DNA from: Candidatus Magasanikiibacteriota bacterium
GTDB lineage: Bacteria; Patescibacteriota; Patescibacteriia; Magasanikbacterales; GWA2-37-8
Direction: 5' to 3'
Length of the DNA stretch: 64,000 nucleotides
Assembly (NCBI GenBank): GCA_963802255.1
Contig: CAWDHY010000001.1
Span: 299,842 to 363,841 of the forward strand
The stretch's first letter is position 1. The number at the start of each line of letters is the position of its first letter. Below, piece after piece: positions 36,580-46,271 of this stretch. Both the position numbers and the translations under genes were made by a program. The notes beneath the pieces are model-generated. The model did not search any database. It saw nothing but the letters and a program-made list of their open reading frames with translations, and was not told the origin of the DNA.

Positions 36580-37899
36580 ATGTCGCGTGACCTGATCGCA
36601 CAACTTAAGAATCTGAAACACTCTGAAGTCAGTCCAAGACCTGAGTGGCTAAAAGCCAGCCGGGCGAGTTTGCTGTCTCAGGTCAAAAATACTGTTCCCG
36701 CAGAAAAGCAAAATGTGCTGGATAGCGTTTGGCGCGGCATGTCAATATTTTTACCGCAGAAATTTGTATATAATATCGTCCGTCCGGTTGCGGTTCTGTT
36801 TATCGTTGCCATGGTAGGTACCAGCGGCTGGATTGCTACGGTTGACGCTTCATATGAAGCATTGCCAGGCGACTGGCTGTATCCGGCCAAGAGGGCAATG
36901 GAAAAAACGCAGGTGACGGCCGCCTCTATAATGGGTGCGACAAATACGGAAACAAAATTGCATGCCGAGTTTGCCAAACGACGCGCCGCTGAGATTAAGA
37001 AAGTAGTGCAGGGTAATGATCCTGATAAACAGGCGCGGGTATCTGAGACAGTAGGCGATTTAAAAATGGAAATGAAAAGTGTAGATACAAAGCTTGAGGC
37101 GATGAAAGTTAAAAATGAAAACGGGGATACGGAAACAGCTAAAGAAATTCAGAAAAATTCTGAACAAATAAAAACGGTGCTTAAAGAAGTCAAGGATGAT
37201 TTGAGTATCAGCACATCCACTGAAGAAAAAGCGATGGCAAAAGAAATTGGCGAAGCCAAGGATATGGCCAAAGACACCTCTGTAAAAGCAGTTGAGGTTT
37301 TGGTTGCGAACCATCTTTCCGGCGGAGCCACTACAGCAGATGATGTTAAAGAGGCGATTGGAAAAACCATGCAGAGCGTGGTGAATGATATGGCGGAAAC
37401 AAAACAAAATGTTGAAACAATGAAAAATGCCGTTGAAGCAGTGACGGAAGTAAAAAACAGCATCTCTTCAACTACGCCTGAAGCGTCGGCGAAAATAGAT
37501 AATGTAGCCGAGAAAACCGCGGCGGCAGTGGTAAAAACATCCGATGCGGTAGCAACGCTGGATAAAAAAGTCAGTGAAACAAATAGTTTAATGGAAAGTG
37601 GAAATTTGTTTGACGCGGTCAGTAAGATGAAGGAAGCCAGCGAAACCACCAAGGAAGCTGAAAAAGTTCAGGATACTGCCATTATTTCGGCGCAGTCGGT
37701 GTTGCCGACTCCGGTGATTACTTCGGTCAAAGCGCAAGTAATGGAAGCGTCGCAAAATACCAGTTCAACAGTGATAAAAATAATTGCCACTACAACTGCG
37801 CAAGTTATTGAACCCGGTAAATTGCCGGTGACAGTAATTGTCACAACCACAGTAGCGCAACCGGCCACAACCAGTGTCACGACCACTTTAAAGAAGTAA
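36580..37899 (+). CDS. putative anti-sigma factor: single TM, long low-complexity Ala/Lys/Glu/Thr-rich extracytoplasmic region
   Basis: Starts 3 nt after the sigma gene. TM segment VRPVAVLFIVAMVGTSGWIATV. The assignment rests on position only. Confidence 0.45.
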   Translation: MSRDLIAQLKNLKHSEVSPRPEWLKASRASLLSQVKNTVPAEKQNVLDSVWRGMSIFLPQKFVYNIVRPVAVLFIVAMVGTSGWIATVDASYEALPGDWLYPAKRAMEKTQVTAASIMGATNTETKLHAEFAKRRAAEIKKVVQGNDPDKQARVSETVGDLKMEMKSVDTKLEAMKVKNENGDTETAKEIQKNSEQIKTVLKEVKDDLSISTSTEEKAMAKEIGEAKDMAKDTSVKAVEVLVANHLSGGATTADDVKEAIGKTMQSVVNDMAETKQNVETMKNAVEAVTEVKNSISSTTPEASAKIDNVAEKTAAAVVKTSDAVATLDKKVSETNSLMESGNLFDAVSKMKEASETTKEAEKVQDTAIISAQSVLPTPVITSVKAQVMEASQNTSSTVIKIIATTTAQVIEPGKLPVTVIVTTTVAQPATTSVTTTLKK

Positions 37900-38098
37900 G
37901 AAGCGTTTTATCTCTCCGCATAAACGCAATTAGTTGTGTTTATACGGAGAGAGAAAAGTATTTGTTTATTAGATCTTTGCCAAAAGTCGAGGGGCCATAA
38001 GGCCTCGTAAAGATCCTTGTAAGGCAGGAGAAGCTTCGGCCAACCTGCTTAACCCTATTTTCTTTGACGTTCTGTTCCGCCGACTGGCGGAAACCGGG

Positions 38099-41000
38099 AT
38101 GCGCAACAGAGTAGGGTATATATTATTCATTATGTACAACGTTATCAAGAGAGCTTTCACTTTCAGCGTTGTTGCCACGACCATGATGTGGTCGGTCGGC
38201 GTTGCAGCTTTGATCCCGTCTGTGGCTCAGGGCGCGACTTGTCCGACATTGGCATCTGGTGACATGATTAAAGTGGTCGGCAAAGCCGCCATTTATTCTG
38301 TCAACAACGATTTGAAAGTTTTATATTTCCCTTCCGGTGACGAATTCAAGTCATGGAGACCGACCTATGGTGGTTATATTTCCATCGATCAGGCCTGTTT
38401 CGATTCCTTGAGCGTTCCGTCAACCTATCCGGGTGGCGTGAACTATCACCCAGGTTCTTATCTCGTAAAGCGTCCGTCTTCCGACCAGCTTTATGTTGTC
38501 CTTCCAGGCAACAGCTTGTCAAAGATTGACACAACTGTGGCAAACACTCTTTACGGCACATCCGCCTTTACCGACGGTGTTGGCGCAAAAGTGATGACTG
38601 TCGCAGATACTTTCTGGCCGCATTATGTTTATCGCGGTGCAGATATTTCTACCGTTAAAGCGCATCCGGGCATGCTGGTCAAAGTGAGCGGCATTACCTA
38701 TTTGATTGATGCGGATAGCAAATTGCGCGAGGTTACAACCACTGGTTTTACCGCCAATGGTTTCCAGGAGAGATTCGTGCGCACTGTTACAACTGATGCA
38801 ATTTCCGGTTTAGCCACTGGCGACACCATTAATGCAGAAGTTCCGTCTTTGACCGATAAAACTCAAAGCGGCGGTGTGGTTATCCCGAGTTCATCCGGTA
38901 ATGTGACTGTGGCCTTGGCCGCTTCCACTCCGGGCGCAACTGATATCCCGGTAAACGCTTCCGTTGAATTCTTAAAGCTTACTGTTACCAACACAGGCTC
39001 AACTGATGCCAGCATGACTGGTATCAAATTCTCAGCCTATGGTTTGGGTAATGCTTCTGATATCGACGAAGTAAGCGTATACAACAATAATCAACGCTAT
39101 GGCAATGCCAAAGATGTTGATTCCAATAAGCAAGCTCAAATCAACTTCACAACGGCTATGCCGTTGGCAAAAGGTGCTACTGAGACATTGGTTATTAAAG
39201 CCAAAGTTACAGGTACCGGTCATTATGCTTTGGGTGTGGCCGCTGCGGCCGACATCATGGGCGTGACTGCTGCCGGCAGTTATCCGATTGTGGGTAACAC
39301 CATGAGTGGCGTTAATGTTGCAGTTGGTCAGCTTACTATCGATAACAATGGCACTTTGGCTTCTGTTAATCTCGGAGACATGGCTGCCACTGTTGCCAAA
39401 TTCAAAGTCACCAATGATAATGTGGAAGATGTTTCTTTGAAGAGCATCACTTTAAAGCGTGATTCTGCCAGCACTGCTAATGACAGCGCGCTGGAGAACA
39501 TGAAACTTTATGTTGATGGTACCGAAGTTGCTTCCGCCCCTGCCATTGTTGGCAAGTATGTTTCCTTCACTTTGTATTCTCCTTTCACCATCCTTAAAAG
39601 TGGTGTGAAGAGTTTCACTGTGAAAGGTGATGTGGTTGATGGAGCTGGTAAAATAATCAGATTGATTCTTGATGCCAATTCCGATGTTTCAGCCATTGGC
39701 TCACATTATGGTTTTTCATCCATCATAGTCAATAACATGACCGGTGCTAATTTATCTATCAATGCCGGTACTGTGACTGTGGAAAAACTTAATGCTGCCA
39801 ATACAAAATTGGTTATTAATACCAATGATGTAGAAATGGGTACCCTTAAAATCACCGCTAACAGTGGTAAGACTGTTGAGCTCTCAAAGACGAGACTCAC
39901 AATCGACTCTGTGAACGATGACAATATCGGTGCTGATTTAGCATTTGCTGAAATCGAGAACTTGAAACTCTTTGACAAATACAACAACACCACTTATGAC
40001 CTGACTTATGTTGCAGGCTCAGATACTGGTGCCGCTAAGGTGTATCAGAATACTGATAGTATCACCTTGGCAAGCGGTGTCACCCACGAACTCGTGGTAC
40101 GCGCCAATGTCAAAGCCGCTCCAACAGCGAATAACGGTGATTACACTGTAAAAATCGCTGATGCCGCCGGTGGTGACTTGGTCTTAAAAGAGACAGGTGA
40201 CGACACTACTATCACTGACATTACTCCGAATTCTGTGTCGTTAAACAAAGTTTCTATTGAAAGCGCAACTGTGACTTTCTCCAAGAATGCTTTGTCTGCC
40301 GCTTATACCGCTGTTGTTGGTTCAACCAACCACACATTGCTAAGCTTCAACGCAAAAGCCGGTCAAGCCAGTCAAGTTAAGATGACTGAAATTAAATTTA
40401 AGGATCAGGTGGCGGATAATAATCCGACCGTTGGTGGCGTCCAAGTAGTGGACAAAAACATGGTTTCAGAGTTCAAGCTCTATAAGGGCGGGAACCTCAT
40501 CAGAACTGTGTCTGCCAACCAGATGGCCAGCGAAGAAATCGCCTTTACTGATCTCTCTGAATTTATTGACCCGAATGCGACTGCGTCTTATATACTTCAG
40601 ACCACATTGGTTAATGATTCCAACAATGATACCGCTACCATGCAATTCTACATTAGCGGCTATTCTGTTGAGGAGACCAATAAAGGTACTGCGGTTTATG
40701 ACGCTGTTGCTGAAAATGTACTCGCGAACGGTATTATTGCCGCTGGTGAGACTGGTTACACTTCATTGTTATCAGCTCGCGTTGTTACCATAGTTGGTTT
40801 TGGTTCATTAAATGTCTCGGTTGATAATACTGTCAACCTGACAAAATATGATACCTATCAACTTGGTGGTTCTACCGATATTCCGGTCGCTTCCTTCAAG
40901 TTGCGCGCCGCGAATGAAGAGGTGAAGGTTACTTCATTAAAAGTTGGCGTCTCTGTTGCCGATATTTCGAGCAGCATCAGCAAGCTAGCTCTTTATGAAG

Positions 41001-41839
41001 AGGGCATTACTTCTCCGGTTGCCTATGCAACCAATATTGGAGCCACTGAAGTCATCTTGGAACAGGACTTTATTGTCCCGTCAGTTGAAAAGGTCTATAC
41101 CTTGAAGGCTGACTTTACCAAGATTGGTCAGAATGAACCGGGCATTTTGGATGTGGACACAACGTTCCATATTAAAGATGTCGCAGCAGAAGGTGTCAGT
41201 TCCGGCGCCACTTTGGTTGTCGGTGACATTGACGCTGCTGTTGAAGCTGGTGAAATCTGTTATGAAGGTGATAACTCCGCCACAACTAATGTGTCTAAAT
41301 TAACAGGTATCGTCGCTTCAAAGATGAGCCCGGTTAGCTTGGTCACCTCTTACGGCGGTCAATCACTTGCCACCTCAATATCTACCGGTATCTCTGCCAA
41401 CGCGGCAATTATTGCTGTAACCGTTCCGGCTACAAGCAACAATAACGCCGACGGTACAGCTCTTAAACTGTCAATCGGAAGAGTACAGGTGGGAGTTGAG
41501 CACAATCTGACCTCGTTTACCGCAACCATCGAAAGAATTGGCGGTAGCGCTGGTACAGTAAACGGAACCGGTTTAGCAACATATGCCAGATTCAATACAG
41601 CTGGAAATGTCGATTTCGCATTGAACCCAGGCGAGACTGCTTACTACCTGGTCAAGGTTGTCCCGACATTTACCACGGTCGTTGCTGGCGACACCAGTCT
41701 TAGAGTCGGTCTTGATGACCTGAACAATGTGTCACTCCACAACTTCCGCTGGCTTGATCGCGCGGATGACATAACGAACAATTTAGAGGTTCGTATGCCA
41801 GGTATCAGCTCAATCACTGGATCCCAGATTACTAACTAA
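38099..41839 (+). CDS. large (1246 aa) secreted beta-rich repeat protein (S-layer/adhesin-like)
   Basis: Signal-peptide-like FTFSVVATTMMWSVGVAALIPSVAQGA (start possibly the ATG at 38132). Thr/Val/Asn-rich Ig-like repeated segments. It lies downstream of the ECF / anti-sigma pair. Confidence 0.5.
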   Translation: MRNRVGYILFIMYNVIKRAFTFSVVATTMMWSVGVAALIPSVAQGATCPTLASGDMIKVVGKAAIYSVNNDLKVLYFPSGDEFKSWRPTYGGYISIDQACFDSLSVPSTYPGGVNYHPGSYLVKRPSSDQLYVVLPGNSLSKIDTTVANTLYGTSAFTDGVGAKVMTVADTFWPHYVYRGADISTVKAHPGMLVKVSGITYLIDADSKLREVTTTGFTANGFQERFVRTVTTDAISGLATGDTINAEVPSLTDKTQSGGVVIPSSSGNVTVALAASTPGATDIPVNASVEFLKLTVTNTGSTDASMTGIKFSAYGLGNASDIDEVSVYNNNQRYGNAKDVDSNKQAQINFTTAMPLAKGATETLVIKAKVTGTGHYALGVAAAADIMGVTAAGSYPIVGNTMSGVNVAVGQLTIDNNGTLASVNLGDMAATVAKFKVTNDNVEDVSLKSITLKRDSASTANDSALENMKLYVDGTEVASAPAIVGKYVSFTLYSPFTILKSGVKSFTVKGDVVDGAGKIIRLILDANSDVSAIGSHYGFSSIIVNNMTGANLSINAGTVTVEKLNAANTKLVINTNDVEMGTLKITANSGKTVELSKTRLTIDSVNDDNIGADLAFAEIENLKLFDKYNNTTYDLTYVAGSDTGAAKVYQNTDSITLASGVTHELVVRANVKAAPTANNGDYTVKIADAAGGDLVLKETGDDTTITDITPNSVSLNKVSIESATVTFSKNALSAAYTAVVGSTNHTLLSFNAKAGQASQVKMTEIKFKDQVADNNPTVGGVQVVDKNMVSEFKLYKGGNLIRTVSANQMASEEIAFTDLSEFIDPNATASYILQTTLVNDSNNDTATMQFYISGYSVEETNKGTAVYDAVAENVLANGIIAAGETGYTSLLSARVVTIVGFGSLNVSVDNTVNLTKYDTYQLGGSTDIPVASFKLRAANEEVKVTSLKVGVSVADISSSISKLALYEEGITSPVAYATNIGATEVILEQDFIVPSVEKVYTLKADFTKIGQNEPGILDVDTTFHIKDVAAEGVSSGATLVVGDIDAAVEAGEICYEGDNSATTNVSKLTGIVASKMSPVSLVTSYGGQSLATSISTGISANAAIIAVTVPATSNNNADGTALKLSIGRVQVGVEHNLTSFTATIERIGGSAGTVNGTGLATYARFNTAGNVDFALNPGETAYYLVKVVPTFTTVVAGDTSLRVGLDDLNNVSLHNFRWLDRADDITNNLEVRMPGISSITGSQITN

Positions 41840-41885
41840 TCTTGGCCTTTAGTTGATTGAACGCTTTACACTCGTAAAGCAAAAC

Positions 41886-41920
41886 CTGCCCCCGCCGATG
41901 CATCGGCGGGGGTTTGGTTT
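41886..41920 (+). terminator. intrinsic terminator
   Basis: cccccgccgatgcatcggcggggg followed by tttggtttt. Confidence 0.7.
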
Positions 41921-42118
41921 TGTGAAAATTTTTTATCTCTTATCAAGAGGAGGGAGGTGTAACTTCCCCTCTCTTATTCAAGAGAGGGGTTAGGGGAGAG
42001 TCGAGTTATCCACAGATTTTAAAATTATTTAGCGCGCGATGTGATATAATATTTACATTGAAGGAGGAGGGGGAGAAACAATCCTTTACAATAGGATTGT
42101 TTTTTTAAAAAAATATGT

Positions 42119-42568
42119 ATGTCAAAAAAATTATTTTTAACAGCCGTCATAGTTTTGGTAGCAGTAATATTCGGTTTAGCTTCATATCGCTATATATACA
42201 TGCCTTGGCGTGAAGTTAAGCAGAAAAAAATATCGCTCGGCTTGGCCCGGGCTAATTTTCCATATCGTGATTACAGTGAAGAGGATCTTGGGAAAATGTA
42301 TCCACAAGTTCAAAACGCGGATGTAAAGACGCGGGTTACACCGGAAGAAACATACGCCATATTCCGGCAGGGTTTGAAAGATAATGATTTAGCAATGGTT
42401 TTAGGCCAGCTGTACAAAGATTCGTCGCGCTATGAAGGCAATGTGACCAGTATTTCTCAGGCATATGAAGATGGAAGATTTAGTGAGATTTATGAGAAAT
42501 ATCCGGAGGTGATTGAAAATGTTTGGCTTGATGATGCATTATGCTCAATATATGTATGTCTATATTGA
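42119..42568 (+). CDS. hypothetical membrane-anchored protein
   Basis: N-terminal TM LFLTAVIVLVAVIFGLASY. No motif recognised. Confidence 0.35.
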   Translation: MSKKLFLTAVIVLVAVIFGLASYRYIYMPWREVKQKKISLGLARANFPYRDYSEEDLGKMYPQVQNADVKTRVTPEETYAIFRQGLKDNDLAMVLGQLYKDSSRYEGNVTSISQAYEDGRFSEIYEKYPEVIENVWLDDALCSIYVCLY

Positions 42569-42624
42569 AAATGTCAAAGAATTATTCATATATCAATTGA
42601 ATTTATAAAGAATTCTGAAGGTAA

Positions 42625-43194
42625 TTGGCTGTTAGACACACTTTAATCCGTCATTCTCGCGAAAGCGGGAATCCAGTTATTAAATATATGAGGAGGAGGG
42701 GAGAGAAAATAACCATTTTAGCGGTTTTGTTGCTTCTGGTTATTTTTTTATTTCAAAAAGTACTAACATATGACACGAATATTGCGCATCCGTATTTGAC
42801 GGAAAATATCATAGAGTTGTACGAAAGACAATTCGGTGACAAGATTTCAGATGCTGACGAACAACAAATCTTGCTTGGTTCAATGGATGAGGATACGCCG
42901 ATTCGCTGGATGAATCATTTTTATGAACCAAATCAAAACATCGGGCTACTGGGTTTTCAAACAGCCAAAGATTGGGCGCAAGACGGCAGTTCACAATCTG
43001 CGTATGCCAGAGGCGATCAGTCGTGGCAGACAGCGCTAGATGCTTATGCCGGCGGAAATAACCAGAAAGCATTCAAAGCCCTTGGCCATGTTTTGCATCT
43101 GATTGAGGATATGACTGTGCCGGCGCATACGCGGTTGGATATTCATGTTTTTAACGGTGGCGATCCGTATGAATCATGGGCAAAAAGTAATTAG
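42625..43194 (+). CDS. zinc-dependent phospholipase C / S1-P1 nuclease-fold-like protein (short)
   Basis: NHFYEPNQNIG and AFKALGHVLHLIEDMTVPAHTR mirror the PLC motifs SHFYDPDNG and AFFYLGLSLHYLGDVNQPMHAAN. The ORF ends about 100 aa earlier than B. cereus PLC. The first 21 codons translate a palindromic repeat; the likely start is the ATG at 42688. Confidence 0.45.
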   Translation: MAVRHTLIRHSRESGNPVIKYMRRRGEKITILAVLLLLVIFLFQKVLTYDTNIAHPYLTENIIELYERQFGDKISDADEQQILLGSMDEDTPIRWMNHFYEPNQNIGLLGFQTAKDWAQDGSSQSAYARGDQSWQTALDAYAGGNNQKAFKALGHVLHLIEDMTVPAHTRLDIHVFNGGDPYESWAKSN

Positions 43195-43386
43195 CCGAGT
43201 ATTAAGGTAAATAATATTTATTATACAAAATATTTAGATTCATATTTTTTAGGTTTAGCAAATTTTTCTAATCAATAATTTTTTCAGTAAAGATACGAGT
43301 TGAAGAAATTATTTCTCTATATTCAGTATACTAAAGCGTGGCGTTGATGGTAATTTTATCGATTGTTTAGAAGCAGAAGTTGATGA

Positions 43387-45366
43387 ATGATACATATTGT
43401 TTATTACAAAGTAAAAACTGACAATTTTAATCAAATGAAGTATTCCTTCGACGACACTGTTCACTCCGACTACTTCTCCCTCCTCGCTCCAAAGGCAGTT
43501 TCATACGGCGCCGGAGTAATTCAGCTATTTTTTGAACAAGCTGAAAAATTAAAACTGGAAAAAACGAATAGAATAAATAATTTGTTTCAGGAGTTGTTAA
43601 AATATTATCAGAAATATTTTGGTGAAAATTTGGTCAGTTCCGCTTATGCGTATGATTATTCTTCCTATCCGCGCTTACTTATTCAATCTTTTCCATCTGT
43701 TGTGATGGCGTCTTCGCCGCAATCGGCAGAAAAAGCAACTATAACGCCAATCCCGGTGATTATTTCAACAACAAAGTCTTCATCTTCAAGTATCCAAAAA
43801 ATACCTATAAATACTGAAACAGTTATTTTACCGCCCCCGTTTATTCCGGAATCGCCGCTTAATGACGAAGAAAAAAAATTGCTTGCCGTCTTGGGAATTC
43901 CGGTCGGAGCCACCACAAATGGTCCGAAATCGCCGGAAAATGAAATAGCTGAAGAGCCGGAAGATCCAATAGAGGAAGAAATAGAACCGCCGGCATTGCC
44001 ACCTGAGCCGGTTCAATGGGCCACACCAGAATATGATGAATTATTTTTGTCACCAGTATTTACTTCGTCAACTGGGATAAACATTTATGGTAGTTGCGCG
44101 GCAGATACTCAATCAGTTTTTTCGCATTTTGCTTTGGCTGAAGAAGAAATACCGCAGTATGTTATTTCCACAACCACGGTAAGTGGTACAGTGTGGTCGG
44201 TAGAAGTTCCATTATTGCCGGGTGATAATTTTTTCTTTTTTTCTGCTATCGGTCCGGCAACCTCTACAACTTCCACAATGTCATCGTCAACACAAATAAT
44301 TTTTGATAACACTGCCCCGTCTCTCCCGCTAATAACTGCCGGTGCCACCACCACAACCGGCACTTCAACTCTGATACGAATTGATTATTCTTCAGAGGAG
44401 GAATCGTCATTACCAATTTTGTACGACCTCGGTTATGCAACAGGCGGAACGGATTGGCTGGATATTTTTTCATTTTCAACAAGCACCGGCTATGATTTTT
44501 TTACCACCTCTTCGGGTGAATATTTTTTTCGTGCCCGTGCTTCAGATTCTCTCGGAAATTATTCAGATTGGTCGACAACATCGGTTACTGTTGCGGGGGC
44601 ATCAATTGAATATAATTATTTGAGCGGCGCGCAGGAAGAGCCGGAAGTAATTTTAACTAAAGAGGGGAGTCCGTATATTTTACAAATTTATTCTGTGCCG
44701 GCCGGTAAAAGTTTGCGGGTTCAACCGGGTGTTGTGATAAAGGGATTTGATAAAAAATCACGCATTGAGGTTAAAGGGTCCTTGATTGTTGAAGGAACAG
44801 CGGAAGAGCATGTCGTTTTTACATCAGTTCAAGATCGCAATTTTAGCGATGAAAAATTTAATGCGCCATCGCTTGGCAAAGTACAATCTCCCGGTTCATG
44901 GGATTGGGTCGGGGTATGGTTTAATTCCGGAGGCACCGGAATGATTAATTTTGCCGATTTCCGCTACTCGGGTTCTGATCCGTATTTATGCGCTGCCGCG
45001 CTCGCCACTTGCGGATATTTTAGCCGTACAATATATCTTGATACCGCCTCGGCGACAATTAACAATTCAACTTTTGAATATGGTGGTAATGTGGTGATTG
45101 TTTCTGAAGACTCTTCGTTGTCAATTTCAAATTCAATCTTGGATGGTTTATTAAATTACCCCTCTGAATATGCGCAAATATCCGGAATATATATTAAGCG
45201 CGGTGCCTTGAATTTGGATTCCGTATATTTACACAATCTGAACACCGGAATTTTGTCGGATAACCGCTCATATCTTTGGCCTGCCATCACTACTGAAAAT
45301 TTCTCGGCTGATAATTTTATCAATGTCGCCATACCGATAAGCCCGGCGGGATTATTAGCCATATAA
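43387..45366 (+). CDS. hypothetical protein with Pro/Ser/Thr-rich middle and C-terminal parallel beta-helix-like region
   Basis: NNSTFEYGGNVVIVSEDSSLSISNSILDG-type repeats. No signal peptide is evident. Confidence 0.4.
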   Translation: MIHIVYYKVKTDNFNQMKYSFDDTVHSDYFSLLAPKAVSYGAGVIQLFFEQAEKLKLEKTNRINNLFQELLKYYQKYFGENLVSSAYAYDYSSYPRLLIQSFPSVVMASSPQSAEKATITPIPVIISTTKSSSSSIQKIPINTETVILPPPFIPESPLNDEEKKLLAVLGIPVGATTNGPKSPENEIAEEPEDPIEEEIEPPALPPEPVQWATPEYDELFLSPVFTSSTGINIYGSCAADTQSVFSHFALAEEEIPQYVISTTTVSGTVWSVEVPLLPGDNFFFFSAIGPATSTTSTMSSSTQIIFDNTAPSLPLITAGATTTTGTSTLIRIDYSSEEESSLPILYDLGYATGGTDWLDIFSFSTSTGYDFFTTSSGEYFFRARASDSLGNYSDWSTTSVTVAGASIEYNYLSGAQEEPEVILTKEGSPYILQIYSVPAGKSLRVQPGVVIKGFDKKSRIEVKGSLIVEGTAEEHVVFTSVQDRNFSDEKFNAPSLGKVQSPGSWDWVGVWFNSGGTGMINFADFRYSGSDPYLCAAALATCGYFSRTIYLDTASATINNSTFEYGGNVVIVSEDSSLSISNSILDGLLNYPSEYAQISGIYIKRGALNLDSVYLHNLNTGILSDNRSYLWPAITTENFSADNFINVAIPISPAGLLAI

Positions 45367-45565
45367 CATCGCTAAAATTAGCCAAAATTTGACAGTTTAC
45401 ATACATGCTGAAAAAGGGTATAATAAAGATGTTTCTGACAAGCGGCAAAAACTGTTCTACAAAACAACATGTGTCGGTTCGCCAACATTTGCTACGCCTG
45501 TGGGTTTAGCGTGCGGCTTACCACCTATACATTAGGGACATGTTGAGCCCTTCTCAGAAACACTA

Positions 45566-45595
45566 AAAAACCCGGCTGTGAGCGGGGTTTTTTAA
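45566..45595 (-). terminator. intrinsic terminator for the 45619-46164 gene
   Basis: aaaaaacccggctgtgagcggggtttttt: hairpin flanked by A-run and T-run. Confidence 0.6.
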
Positions 45596-45618
45596 TTATG
45601 TTTTTGGTCTTTTTTTGA

Positions 45619-46164
45619 TTATTCAATGCAGCAGTCAAGTGCTTTTTTTACCAGCGCGCCCAGTTTTCCCAGAAATCCTTTTTTTTCGGTATCATGGCGG
45701 TTGATTGCCTGATCATCAATTTTTTTTACATCTTCGGTTTTGATCAACTTCATGTTGATACCCCAAAATAAAGAATAAAGATCAAAAGATTTTTTGAACA
45801 AATCTTCAGCCTCTTCTTTGTTTCCCATTTTGTGTTGTTTAGTGCCGACTTCCATTAGACGCATTGAAGCGGCGAGCAAGTGTTTGGATATACACCAGAC
45901 CTCGCCTTCATATTCTTTAATAATTTTTCGTAAGAGGTCGCCACGCATTTTTCTTACCTCCTGCAGTAAATCATAATATTCGCTCTTGCCGGTTTTATTA
46001 GCAGTGAAAAAGAAATGTTCTTCAATGCTCACCAGATTCATAATGGCGATAGAGAGGTCTTGATCAGAAGACAAATCCATCTTGTCTTGCTTTTTCATTT
46101 GGTCCACTTTTTCCACCAGTTCCTGATAATTTTTTAATTCGTTTTCCATAGTGTTATTTGTCAT
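45619..46164 (-). CDS. hypothetical protein
   Basis: 181-aa hydrophilic protein. Its ATG is embedded in hairpin repeat B1. Confidence 0.4.
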   Translation of the reverse strand: MTNNTMENELKNYQELVEKVDQMKKQDKMDLSSDQDLSIAIMNLVSIEEHFFFTANKTGKSEYYDLLQEVRKMRGDLLRKIIKEYEGEVWCISKHLLAASMRLMEVGTKQHKMGNKEEAEDLFKKSFDLYSLFWGINMKLIKTEDVKKIDDQAINRHDTEKKGFLGKLGALVKKALDCCIE

Positions 46165-46233
46165 CCTGAACTTGTTTCAGGATTTTTAATATTTTTTTAT
46201 TGATTCATTGTCATCCTGAACTTGTTTCAGGAT
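46164..46233. repeat. two tandem copies of the hairpin atcctgaacttgtttcaggat, plus a third variant at 46545-46565
   Basis: Copies at 46164-46183, 46214-46233, and atgctgaaacaagttcagcat at 46545-46565. Each is an 8-bp stem with a 5-nt loop. Confidence 0.7.
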
Positions 46234-46271
46234 CTTTGAAGCAGTCCCAATCAGCGGATAAATCTTTAAAA

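Noticed and set aside
37149-37886. Two - strand ORFs (167 aa and 72 aa) inside the anti-sigma gene.
   Set aside because: Antisense of a low-complexity A/K/E/T-coding region (T/V/A/S-rich artefact).
37980-38090. Structured region with a UUCG hairpin examined as a possible SRP (4.5S) RNA.
   Set aside because: It lacks the domain IV consensus (GGAA/AGCAGCC internal-loop motifs). More likely a terminator and leader structure for the flanking genes.
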